DNA of 64,000 nt from Magallana gigas (taxonomy: Eukaryota), in NCBI RefSeq assembly GCF_963853765.1, contig NC_088860.1, positions 40,734,001-40,798,000 of the forward strand, in the 5' to 3' direction. Under the pieces are notes generated by a model. The model saw only the letters and a list, made by a program, of their open reading frames with translations. It was not told the origin of the DNA and did not search any database. Position 1 is the stretch's first letter; every line of letters begins with the position of its first letter. Shown here in pieces: positions 12,841 to 24,100 of this stretch. A program made the position numbers and the translations under genes.

Positions 12841-13228
12841 GGAGCACATGGCTCAATGGTTCTGGGCGTTAGGCCAGTAACCGAAAAGTCGCTGGTTCAT
12901 GTGGTTTAAACCCCACTGTAGTCACTTGATGTTGTGTGTTGTGCACTTATAGCTACAATGTATATATCCAAAGTTGTCGTTTCTGTCACTTCTTTCCCAC
13001 TGAAGAAGAGTTAAGGAAAACAAGATCGAGCATACAGGCCACAGGCTTTAACGGTCATCTGAGACCCATGTCCCATACTATTCACAGGGGAACCCATGCA
13101 TTTAATTAAGCTTCATTAGTCGCATAAGGCCGGTGCTTATCCCCGGTCTCCGGGGTGCTAAGCGGATTCATGAGAGTCATTTGATCACTCCCCCTAGATG
13201 GGACACCAGTCCATCGCAGGTTAACTCC
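12841..13228 (+). mobile_element. tRNA-derived SINE-like relic
   Basis: A-box-like TGGCTCAATGG (12849-12859) and B-box-like GGTTTAAACCC (12903-12913). Segment 13127-13228 (...cccctagatgggacaccagtccatcgcagg) resembles, from memory, the conserved Meta-SINE central domain. Confidence 0.45.
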
Positions 13229-13890
13229 TTTTAATTCATTCGTTGAACACTTAATAATTGTATAAATTTGTATGCAAAAGGGTTTTTTTCCAATAATACT
13301 TCTTTATATATTTTACTCGGATAACACTATACTGTCGACATATCAAATTAAAACAAAATAAAATTAATCTTCAATATCGGAACAAAATTTACAAAAACGT
13401 CTTTCCTTTGGTACAATCGTGTGTCGTCAACTTTCAATTGCAAGTCTATGAGATGACAATCTAATTCTTACAATGTGTTTCTTATATGTAGAATGTATTA
13501 ATTTTGTTAAATAATATTGTAATGAAAACTGATCAATAAAATACTTGTAAAAAACATCGAGATGTTGAATAAAATGATCAATGATTCTTTGCTTAATTGT
13601 AGGAAAATAAGTCGCACAGTGTATATATTCTTGCTCATACTATATGACATAGATCAATTTCAAACAAACAAAAATTAATTACACTAACCCAATTTTCAGC
13701 AAGTACAAAAGACAATATGAACTCCTTGTAAAACATTTTGTAACAGGACTGCAAAATACAATTCTGACTTGGTAATAATTTGAACCAAAATTTTAATATT
13801 CTAAACATCCGTATAATTTTCATAGGTAGCCTCACATTTTCAAAATATATAATTGCAGTATTTGAATAGAAACGGTATAAATTTATTATA

Positions 13891-14165
13891 TTTACATTTT
13901 CCAGTGTCTTTGTCTGTGATAGCAATATAGCCTACGAATCAAATCCGTAACGTATACTTCAATAAATTAGTGACAAAAAAGACGTAGTGTCTGGCGCAAG
14001 GGGGGGGGGGGGGGGGGGGGGGTATATAAATATACGAAATGAAAAAAGCATATACTAAGGTCAATTATTTAATATTTTTCGTCTAATTTCTGAAAAGTAT
14101 GTGATTATTTAAGGATAAAGGAATCATTCTATAAATATTATGAGGTGATAATTTTGGTCGGGTGG
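13891..14165 (+). mobile_element. Dispersed hairpin-ended repeat, partial copy C
   Basis: Has the tttacattttccagtgtctttgtctgtgata start and the left arm ggaatcattct...tattatgaggtgat. Right arm is absent. Confidence 0.55.
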
Positions 14166-14306
14166 GATTAAATCCAATATAAGAAGGCTATTTTATACCT
14201 AACTTAAATAATAACATTATGCACATAAAATAAGGAAATAAAGGGTGAGGTCAGACAGTATAGGGAGTACTACACGTCAGCAACGAGGTTGAGTTTTATG
14301 TATCTA

Positions 14307-15297
14307 TCTATACTACTATATTAAAATAATAGACTCAAATTTTTGGGCTTTAATACCGATAAATCAGAAGAGTACTGTCTTTTGTTTTGTATATTTTTAA
14401 CATCATTGGTACTTGAAGATTACCAATTTGTTTTCTTTTTTTCTCAGTTAGGCTTCGCTAATTAATAATCAACGAAAATTCATCAAAAGATCCCGGAATT
14501 CATCTGGAATTTTCGGATTTTATAATCTTGCGCGTGTGCAGTACATTCATGCTAACGGGATCTTTAGTTTATGTTTCCACAATACCATATTTCCGTGAAT
14601 AAACTCAGAAACAATACACATACGTGTACATTTTCATTCGAGATTTGCTTTATATTCTGTTGTTATAATTATATATCTATGATTTCTTATGAGAGAAATT
14701 ATAAAATAACAATTATACATATCAACTTAGTGCTTACTCAATTTTGTCTTCGTGATGGCAAAAAAAAAAAATTGATCCCATGCCAAAAAAAAATCACATT
14801 GTACTTCTTAGGAGAGTGAAGATAGAATGTTTTATCGTTAAAATGATAAATGTCTAACGGGCCTGGTTTTACGATAAATTGTGTCTGTAGCAAAGAAAAT
14901 ACGAGTACGTTGGTGAAAAGGTGTTGAATTCTTCGATTTTATCTCCTATTATGGATTAAAATTTTAGATGAAAGGTATTTACAGTCTCAAAAAGGTTTAT
15001 TAGGATTTTGACTGTAATTTTCAATGCAGCTTCAATTTTCTGTTACATTACGGGTATATGGGAGCAGAGACGTGTTATTTATATCTCTGATAGAAGGCAT
15101 TCTAACTGTGGCGATCGAGGGCCTTTTCCGAGACACAGTAAGATTAATCTAACTAAAAAAATGTACTGAAATTAATAGCATTATTGTAGGCTTATTGCTT
15201 TGTTATTTAGATGTCAACAATACGGTGTGTCGATGTATCTATTTCGTATATGTCCTATATGCATTGTCAACCCGTGCACGCACGGGTCAGAGTCTAG
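14307..15297 (+). mobile_element. Helitron-like termini (5' end at 14307, 3' ends at 14567 and 15297)
   Basis: A|TCTATACTACTATATTAAAA at 14307. Degenerate TTAG|T at 14567. Perfect hairpin acccgtgc-ac-gcacgggt (15270-15287) 10 nt before CTAG|T at 15297. Whether these form one element is inferred. Confidence 0.5.
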
Positions 15298-15835
15298 TGC
15301 AATTGATGATCTCAAAGGATTGATTTACAGGCATGTTGCATCGTTTTTTAAAGGGGACAGACTCATCCAAAAAATCTTGACAAGCATAAAAAGGGAAATT
15401 CTTTAAATCATGAAAATCCTTATCCGTGTGTTGGTTACTGGAAGGGGGTAGCATAGTACATATATGCCTTCAATTTCACTGTTCATTTTCTTTTATTTAC
15501 TACAATTTTTCCACATGGTCTTAAAAAGGGGGAGGGACAACAGATGTTAAAAAAAAACAAAAAAAAAAAAAACCTATTGTCAATCTAGGTAAAAGAAGGA
15601 AGGTGCGCGTCAGTGTTAATATTGTCCCATAAAAATAATTTATTATAATGTTAAATTATTATTATTATTATGATTAATTAAATTGAAGTTAAATTTTAAC
15701 AAAAAAGGGGAAAGTCAATTAAAATTTAATTTTCTAAATGAAAATTAAGATAAAGTTTTGTTGTGAAAAAAGAGGGGGGCTTCCCAATATTCCGATCAGC
15801 TGTCCGAATAATATTGTGATCGAGTTAACTTTCGT

Positions 15836-15846
15836 TCCTTTCTTCC
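15836..15846 (+). promoter_or_regulatory. TCT initiator / 5'TOP tract of TCTP (predicted TSS C15838)
   Basis: tcCTTTCTTCC matches YYC(+1)TTTYY, 74 nt upstream of the ATG. Vertebrate TPT1 is an established 5'TOP mRNA. Confidence 0.7.
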
Positions 15847-15911
15847 GGTCCTCGGTGGCGAATACACAAGATTGTTTACTTGTGGTTGTAAAATCTTACT
15901 CCATCGCCAAA

Positions 15912-18900
15912 ATGATCGTGTTCCAAGATCTCATTACAGGTTTGAGACTTACATTATTCATTTTTCTTCTCATATAGGTTAAAAACGAGGTGTTTTAAGT
16001 CGTATTTTTAGAGAAAAATGAATCCGGTCCGAGCCAGTTTGTTGTGGAGAATGTACGTCGGCTGTTACCATTGATTCCTTGTATTAAAACTTTAGGAAAA
16101 TGAGCCGTTCTGATTATGATCAGTGAAATTCTAAATATGTATTTATGTGCTTTTCATATTACAGACATTTTAGATACATTATGAGTCCAACTGGACTCAA
16201 AATATGACTGAAAAATACATAGTGATTTATAGTGATGTCACAATTGTCATTTGAGAATATTTGTCTGTGTAACTGAAAAGGAGATGTTGAAATAAGTGAA
16301 AATTGTTTGAGTTTAACTATAGGAAGAAAGTTTTTTTTAACAGATAAAGATAAAACGTATAACTATTCAAGCATTGTTTATTTTTATATATTGTACCTGG
16401 GTACTAAGGAGTGGAATGTTTTTAAATATAGGGAGTGTCTCAAATCTGTTACAGTGTTAATGTATGTAAGTTGAATAAGTAAGTACATGTATTTGGGATT
16501 ATACAGTGGGTTATTTTACCCATTGGTAACTGCAATATTGGTACATACTAAGTTGGGGAACAATATCGTCATAATGAAGCAAATTGGGAATTTTCTATAT
16601 ACTCTGTCCTGAGTTTTTGCTTCCACCACTTTCTGCATGATATTTCAATAATAGTAAATACCTTTGCGCTCAAACTACGTTCATCCACTAATATGTAGAA
16701 TGTCCAGATTATCTGTTTTGAAACGCCCCCTCTACCGCTTCAGGTTTCAATACACATCTCAGAATTGAAAATCTATGGAGATTTTGCATTGCACCAGCCA
16801 TTATTAAGCCCAGATGATAACATTTAAAAATTGCGCGATGTATTCCGAATGGAGAAAAGATGTAAACATTTCCCATTATAAATCTCCGTAAGAAAATTGT
16901 TTTAGTTCCTGTGAAATTTTATGAGTGAAAAGGGATAATTGTTCAATGAAGATGTCTTGGATATATTCCCTCTCAACAATTTCAATTGTATTTCTTTCAC
17001 AGGTATTTGTATTTTTATTAAAAATCATCAATTCAAAAGTTGATGGAAGCAATAACTTAGGACAGACTATAGCAGTGTCCAAGGGCTGCTGACTTGTTTA
17101 ACACAGTTAGCCTTATATTGGTAACACAAGGTGTCCACCTTTTTTTTTTCTTTTTTTTTTGAGACCAAAACTGAAGGTTGATGATTCAACCTCCAACTTT
17201 ATTTAAGATTTGTATATCCAGACAGTGTAATTTTAAGTGGAATCTCCCTTCTAGCACCCCTACTTTTTTACCCCTCCCCTTTCCTCTTGAGAACTCTGAC
17301 CGTGACCCCACAATCTGCTAGGCTTTATAATTAACATTAACTTTAACCTTACTATACTATATTTCCATTTTAAATATATAGAAGGATAATGGCAACAGAA
17401 AATGAAAATGTTATTGTTCATTGTTGTTGCTGTTGATGCGATGCCACCTCCAACATGGCGTGTCAATATCATACTTATCAAAGAATGTCATTTTCTTACT
17501 TTGAATTTTGCCTTATAGATGAAAAGTTTAATTAGGTAGTTGCATTGATTCATTGGATTGTTTTTGTCCATGTTGACAGCTATTTGAAGCTGGAAGTAAA
17601 GTGTATAAACATGATAAAGGCATTTTATCTAAAATTGCAGTTATTTACTTTCAGGAGATGAGCTTTTTACCGATGCTTTCAAATTCAGCATCAAAGATGA
17701 TTTTTTCTATGAAGTAGAGGGAAAAGTAAGTGTATAGGTTACAGTGCATGGTCTGATTTTTTGACAGTCTCAAAATAACTTTTTATTCAAACCAATTATC
17801 TTGAGGAGTTATATACTCAAGCTTATTTACACCTGCAGAATCTGTCTCCTTTCAAAGGTAGAATTTTTTTTAAAGTAAAAAATAATTACTTTATGTTTGG
17901 AAAAGGGAAGCAGTTGGTTTCGTTTTGTTTTGGGCAGGAAATTTTAGTTGATAAACATAATTTGTATCTATAGGACAGGGTTGGTATGAGGGTAGAAATA
18001 GAGGACTAAGTACTATAACATATACTTTGGATTATCCTGACAGATTGTCACAGAAGACAGAGGAGCTGGTAATGTGGACATCGGCGGAAACCCTTCAGCT
18101 GAGGGAGGGGATGATGATGGCGGTGTTGACGAGGATGCCAACAAAGTGAGTGGATGCAACATTGTCCTGGCCAGTAAAATGCAGCCAACGCAGTTTGACA
18201 AGAAAAGTTATCAGGTGTACCTTAAGGATTACATGAAAGCGTAAGTGAGACAGGAAAAGGGAGGGGGGGGGGTACATGCATTTGCGCTAAAAAAATCTCT
18301 TGCTAAAATGTTTGACATATCTAGTTTACAATGGATTAAATGTCACCATTAAAGTTCAGAAATATTTTGCCAATTGATGTTTTGTACAGGATAACAAATA
18401 TTAATGCATTGGAACTGATTTTGTAAAAGAAGTCAAAGATTTAAAAATGAAATAGTCTGAATGTGTTGAGACCTATTAGGTAACATGACTGTAATTTCTT
18501 CAACGATTTTTTTTTCGTAGACTTAAAGCAAAAATCACCGAAACTAAAGGTCAGGAAGCTGCTGATGCTTTTGCCAAGAAAGCACAGACATGTGTGAAAG
18601 AAGTCTTGGGAAACTTTAAAAACTATGATTTTTATCTTGGTAAGTGTTCTACACTGGAAAATCTTGATGGGAATTATTATTTAATGTAGCCAATATTTTA
18701 AAAATGATGTAAATGTCAGGAAACAAGGAATCATTAGAGTTGGTACATGATCAGATATGACATAGAATGTTAAAGGTGTTGGATTTAAGTTTGTACCCAA
18801 CTGTAATGATCATGTTATTAAAGAATGAGTCCTTATTACTTGTATGTTTTGACTACTTAAGATGACAAGTCGTAAACACTCTTTAAAAAGTGGCTGAAGA

Positions 18901-21900
18901 AATAAGAGGTATTTTGACGTTCAGTATTAGGTAACTATACTCTGTCCCAAGATATTTTGGATTCACGTTTGGACGATTTTTAATAAAAATACACTTACCT
19001 GTGAAAGAAGTGCAATTGAAATAGTTGAAAGGGATATTTTCCAAGATAATTTCATTGACACATTATCATCTTTCACTCGGAAAAATTCACAGGAACGAAA
19101 ACAGATTCCTTACGGAGATTTACAATGGGGAATGTTTACATCTTTTCTCCATTCGGAATACACTCGGAATACATCGCGCAATATTTCAACGTTATCATCC
19201 GGGCTTGCTGCAATGCAAAATCTCCGTAGACATCACATTTTTTAGCATTGTATTGAAACCTGATAAGCTAACAGGGGCGTTTTGACTGAGAAATCTTGGA
19301 AATTGTTCATGCTTTTGAATGAACATCGTTTGGATCCTGAGGTATTTATAAATATCAAACAATTAAGCCAAACGTGAATCCAAAATATCTTGGGACAGAG
19401 TATAGTTTAGCCACTAAATCCAGTAAAATCGAAGCTGGCCTCTTGCTGAGTTGAATATGTCAATAAATTGGCCAATAACAAAAAGACTGGATTACATCAA
19501 TTTGATTTCTTAACTATTGTTTTGTTTGAATGGTTCTGTAGAAAGGTATTGGTAATGGTAAACCACCACTAATAGCCATTATTCACATACATAGAATAGT
19601 GGTCGCAATCGGTGGAATATAATGGTCAAGAATAGCAGGAAAAATCAATCACAATGTGATGGAAATTTTCTCTGTTAATCTTGTACACAATTTCAGCAAT
19701 TTTTAAATTTGGACGTAAAATTCAATTTTTGATGTACTATATGTTGTGTATGTTTAATTGTTACAGGTGAGAGCCAAAACCCAGACGGACATGTTGCTTT
19801 ACTTGACTACAGAGAGGACGGAATCACACCCTACATGCTGTTCTTTAAAGATGGAATCAAAGAGGAGAAATATGTAAGAATCCATAGTCATGTTAAAGCT
19901 AAACTAGGTGTACATATGTAAGAATCCATTGTCATGTTAAGCCTAAACTAGGTGTACATATGTAAGAATCCAGAGTCATGTTAAACCTAAACTAGGTGTA
20001 CACATGTAAGAATCCATAGTCATGTTAAACCTAAACTAGGTGTACACATGTAAGAATCCATAGTCATGTTAAACCTAAACTAGGTGTACATATGTAAGAA
20101 TCCAGAGTCATGTTAAACCTAAACTAGGTGTACATATGTAAGAATCCATAGTCATGTTAAGCCTAAACTAGGTTTACATATGTAAGAATCCAGAGTCATG
20201 TTAAAGCTAAGCTAGGTGTACATATGTAAGAATCCAGAGTCATGTTAAGCCTAAACTAGGTGTACATATGTAAGAATCCATAGTCATGTTAAGCCTAAAC
20301 TAGGTGTACATATGTAAGAATCCATAGTCATGTTAAGCCTAAACTAAGTGTACATATGTAAGAATCCATAGTCATGTTAAACCTAAACTAGGTGTACATA
20401 TGTAAGAATCCATAGTCATGTTAAACCTAAACTAGGTGTACACATGTAAGAATCCAGAGTCATGTTAAACCTAAACTAGGTGTACACATGTAAGAATCCA
20501 TAGTCATGTTAAGCCTAAACTAGGTGTACATATGTAAGAATCCATAGTCATGTTAAGCCTAAACTAGGTGTACATATGTAAGAATCCAGAGTCATGTTAA
20601 GCCTAAACTAGGTGTACATATGTAAGATTCCATAGTCATGTTAAGCCTAAACTAGGTGTACATATGTAAGAATCCATAGTCATGTTAAGCCTAAACTAGG
20701 TGTACATATGTAAGAATCCAGAGTCATGTTAAACCTAATCTAGGTGTACACATGTAAGAATCCATAGTCATGTTAAACCTAAACTAGGTGTACACATGTA
20801 AGAATCCATAGTCATGTTAAGCCTAAACTAGGTGTACATATGTAAGAATCCAGAGTCATGTTAAACCTAAACTAGGTGTACATATGTAAGAATCCATAGT
20901 CATGTTAAGCCTAAACTAGGTGTACATATGTAAGAATCCATAGTCATGTTAAGCCTAAACTAGGTGTACATATGTAAGAATCCATAGTCATGTTAAACCT
21001 AAACTAGGTGTACACATGTAAGAATCCATAGTCATGTTAAGCCTAAACTAGGTGTACATATGTAAGAATCCATAGTCATGTTAAGCCTAAACTAGGTGTA
21101 CATATGTAAGAATCCATAGTCATGTTAAGCCTAAACTAGGTGTACACATGTAAGAATCCATAGTCATGTTAAACCTAAACTAGGTGTACACATGTAAGAA
21201 TCCACAGTCATGTTAAACCTAAACTAGGTGTACACATGTAAGAAACTATATGAGCTGTGTGGTCTACCGATCTGGAATTTAAGTGTTCGGTTTCGGTTAA
21301 AAGTATAGCTAACCTGTATTAATGGCTGCCAGTTGATGTTTAAAAGTGTGGGGACATTTTAAATTCCTATCAGTCAATTGAAAAGAAGATATACTATCAG
21401 ACTGACAATACTGTGAGATGTGTAAAGGACTTAAACTTGCTTTGAAGGCAGGGATTAGCCCCCTTGAACAATTCATAGTGTAATAGAAATAGAAGTATGG
21501 TATTTCACACCCCTGCGAATGTTATTGTCATTTAAATTTGAGACCACGTGATTTTATTTGACCCTTTCAGTTTCGCAGTAAAAATCATGCCTTGTGTTTA
21601 CAGCTTTATCCATATAATCTAGGTACTTGTAGTCAAATATAAAATCTAAAGGTTTATTGATTTTAAACTTTATCTTCATCAACTGGTGGATAAAAATGTG
21701 TTCTTGAAATAAATGCGACAATACAAAATATAGTTTTTGACTGTTGTTGCAACAATTAACATGCTTGCAGAGACCCCCCTGAGGATTAATTTTCGATCCG
21801 CGCCTGACCTAGTAATAGCATCAATAGTGAAACAGACTATACCATTTTATGCAGAATGTTCCTTGAAAATGGCTCGATATACTAAGATTTTTATGCAAAA

Positions 21901-22688
21901 CAGACACCCATTATTTTTCTAAAAACATGGTATTGCACACAACAAGCATCAAACATGGCTATGATTTTATTAAGCAACCCAAAGTTTATATTTTCAACCA
22001 CTCTACACGTGGTTGAACACGAATGATAACTCTGATCTGAATATTATCGTTTAATGTAAATAACCGCTAGATGGTGAAATAAGACATACATCTTCAAGGG
22101 TTTTCATGTTTTAACAGAAATCCAAGTAGGATATGATATAAAAACGACCAGTACTTACGTATTTTGAGAATTTTATCCGAACACTTATACTTCTGCTCGA
22201 AATTTCACAGGAACTGAACAAATCTCGGCGAAGTCTCGTGAACTTTCATTCGAGCACCTCTAGACTTATTACATACTTAGCAACAATAAAGAAAACATTC
22301 CGAACACATTCGCAGGGGTGTTACAGCATATATTAACCTGTTCTCTTGATAACAACAAGTTTCTAACACTGATTTGTATGACAAATTATCTTTGTGTATC
22401 AGACATACATTACTGTAGATTCCTTATTTTACGCGGGTACTTAATTCTGCAATCCAATGGATTTGCATCAAAACGTGGAATGAAAAATGGCGAACAGCAA
22501 ATTTTTTTTATCATAATTTCAAATAGTTTATATCTACCCGATAAATAAAAGCGAGATTTTAAAATCCACGAGATATGCTTCTTGCGATTTTACGCGGATA
22601 ATAATTCCTTGCGTTTAATTAGGAATTTACAGTCAATATAACCAAGTTAAACATGTATTAATTGCCCTTTTTCTTGTCTTTTCAGTGA
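15912..22688 (+). CDS. TPT1: Translationally controlled tumor protein (TCTP), 6 exons, 174 aa
   Basis: join(15912..15939,17655..17725,18044..18240,18521..18639,19767..19873,22686..22688) = 525 nt. Protein [19 protein letters not shown]...[11 protein letters not shown]...YLKDYMKAL...[39 protein letters not shown] carries hallmark TCTP motifs. The final exon starts with the TGA. Confidence 0.96.
16598..17071 (-). mobile_element. MITE family member 2 (inverted relative to member 1), TCTP intron 1
   Basis: Ends tatactctgtcc...ggacagactata are the reverse complements of the member 1 ends. Internal tctatggagattttgcattgcac is the reverse complement of the shared core. Confidence 0.6.
18933..19407. 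mobile_element. MITE family member 3 with perfect 40-bp terminal inverted repeats, TCTP intron 4
   Basis: aactatactctgtcccaagatattttggattcacgtttgg (18933-18972) and its exact reverse complement (19368-19407). Confidence 0.88.
19871..21244 (+). repeat. 44-bp minisatellite, 31 full units plus a 10-bp partial, starting at the last TCTP sense codon
   Basis: Unit (t/c)atgtaagaatcca(t/g)agtcatgttaa(a/g)cctaaactaggtgtaca. The register is kept without indels (19871+44k up to 21235). Confidence 0.98.
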
Positions 22689-23057
22689 TCAAGTTCTCAT
22701 TAGGAATTAAAAATAATAACACTAACAGAATTCTTGTGAAATGATCATCAACCATCACAATTTTGGGACATTCATCAAAACTACAAACAACAGTGACAAA
22801 CTCTACACTACTGATTTTGGACGGACATTTTATTAATGTTTCTGCTTCTCTCTGCCGTTAGTGACTTCACAGACCGAGTCTTGCGACAGTGTTAATTCCT
22901 GTATTTATTGGTTGTCGACATAAGTTGTCCTGGTTCTACATTGTTTGAAGACTTGGAACCCCTCTGTGATACTCTCTAATTCAGTGGACTGTTATTTAAA
23001 GAAAGCATGTAAGGAAAGTCAATTGGTGAAGCTGCAATAAGAGGAATATGATTATAT

Positions 23058-23063
23058 AATAAA
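23058..23063 (+). terminator. Probable TCTP polyadenylation signal
   Basis: AATAAA about 370 nt after the stop, followed by a GT/T-rich tract (ttttgtgtgttctttttg, about 23081-23098). Confidence 0.55.
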
Positions 23064-23639
23064 ATTTTTAAAAAATAACGTTTTGTGTGTTCTTTTTGCA
23101 AAATGAAATTTTTGTGATTTTGATGGTGATGTTTAATAAGCTTTTATATGGGCTCTACTAAACAGAATTATCCAAAGAAAAAAGAAAAAATTGTCGTATA
23201 TCCATGCCTTGGGGCTTATCCCGCTTTTGATCTCAATGTCACTTTTCTACTGCATTACATTTCTTTTGTAGAAGCAAAACTGACAAAAAATAAAACGGCT
23301 TCATAGGCGTGTTAAAATTGCATGTATACGGTATAAACTCTTTATTAATGTCCTTGGTTCAGGATACATGTGGGAATGGTTCTGATCTGTACCAAGATTA
23401 TTTTAGAAAAACTGTCTTACTGACCAATATAGGTCCACAAAATATGGTAATGTTTATAGTGCAGATACATCAACTGAAAAAAAAAAATTTTGGGATGTGT
23501 TGCATTAAATTAGGGCCCCAAAGTTATGATCAATCTGTTAGTCCATTCTGATATCATTTGTTGAGGGCTCACTTATGTCACTTTTGCCTTTAATCTTGCT
23601 CGTACTTCATCCACAGAGTGTCTTTATGTAAAAGGGTAT

Positions 23640-24100
23640 GCAGTAACCTTGAGCCAAATTTCTAGATATAAGGTTAATAAGGTCAACAGAATTATGCACA
23701 AATTCTTGATCATATATTCTCTCTCCTTGGTTCAATCTGGCTAATACTTCACCCACAGAATGCCTCAGTGAAAGGGATGAGCAGTGATCCTGAAACAAGT
23801 GTCTAGGTCAAGGTCATATTAGAGAACATGCAAAATATCATTTTCAGAGCATATACACGCACACAATGTATTACATATCTGGCTCATACTTCACATGAAC
23901 AGCTTTTGGGTTAATGGTGTGTAGTGACCTTGAACCACGTTTCTAGGTCATGTGAATGTCATAACTGACCTCCTTAAAATCCAGCTTTGGACCATAAATT
24001 CTCTGCCATTTGCTTTATCTTATTAAGATTAAACCAAAAGAATGTCAGTATGTAAGAGGTGTTCAGTGAGCTTGAATCTTCAAGTTCCATGCCATCTGGA
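23640..24100. repeat. Decayed tandem array (about 140-bp period)
   Basis: gt(g/a)accttga.c...ttctag(gtca)-like motifs recur near 23645, 23785, 23925 and 24066. Confidence 0.4.

Noticed and set aside
12841-12920. Functional tRNA gene
   Set aside because: Only A/B-box-like motifs are present. There is no complete cloverleaf or acceptor stem, and an insertion separates the B-box-like halves.
19527-19656. Second H/ACA snoRNA candidate in TCTP intron 4
   Set aside because: The first hairpin lacks a two-sided pocket and no second hairpin forms before the ACA.
19871-21244. CRISPR-like regular array
   Set aside because: Units are contiguous with no unique spacers, there are no cas genes, and the context is a eukaryotic intron.
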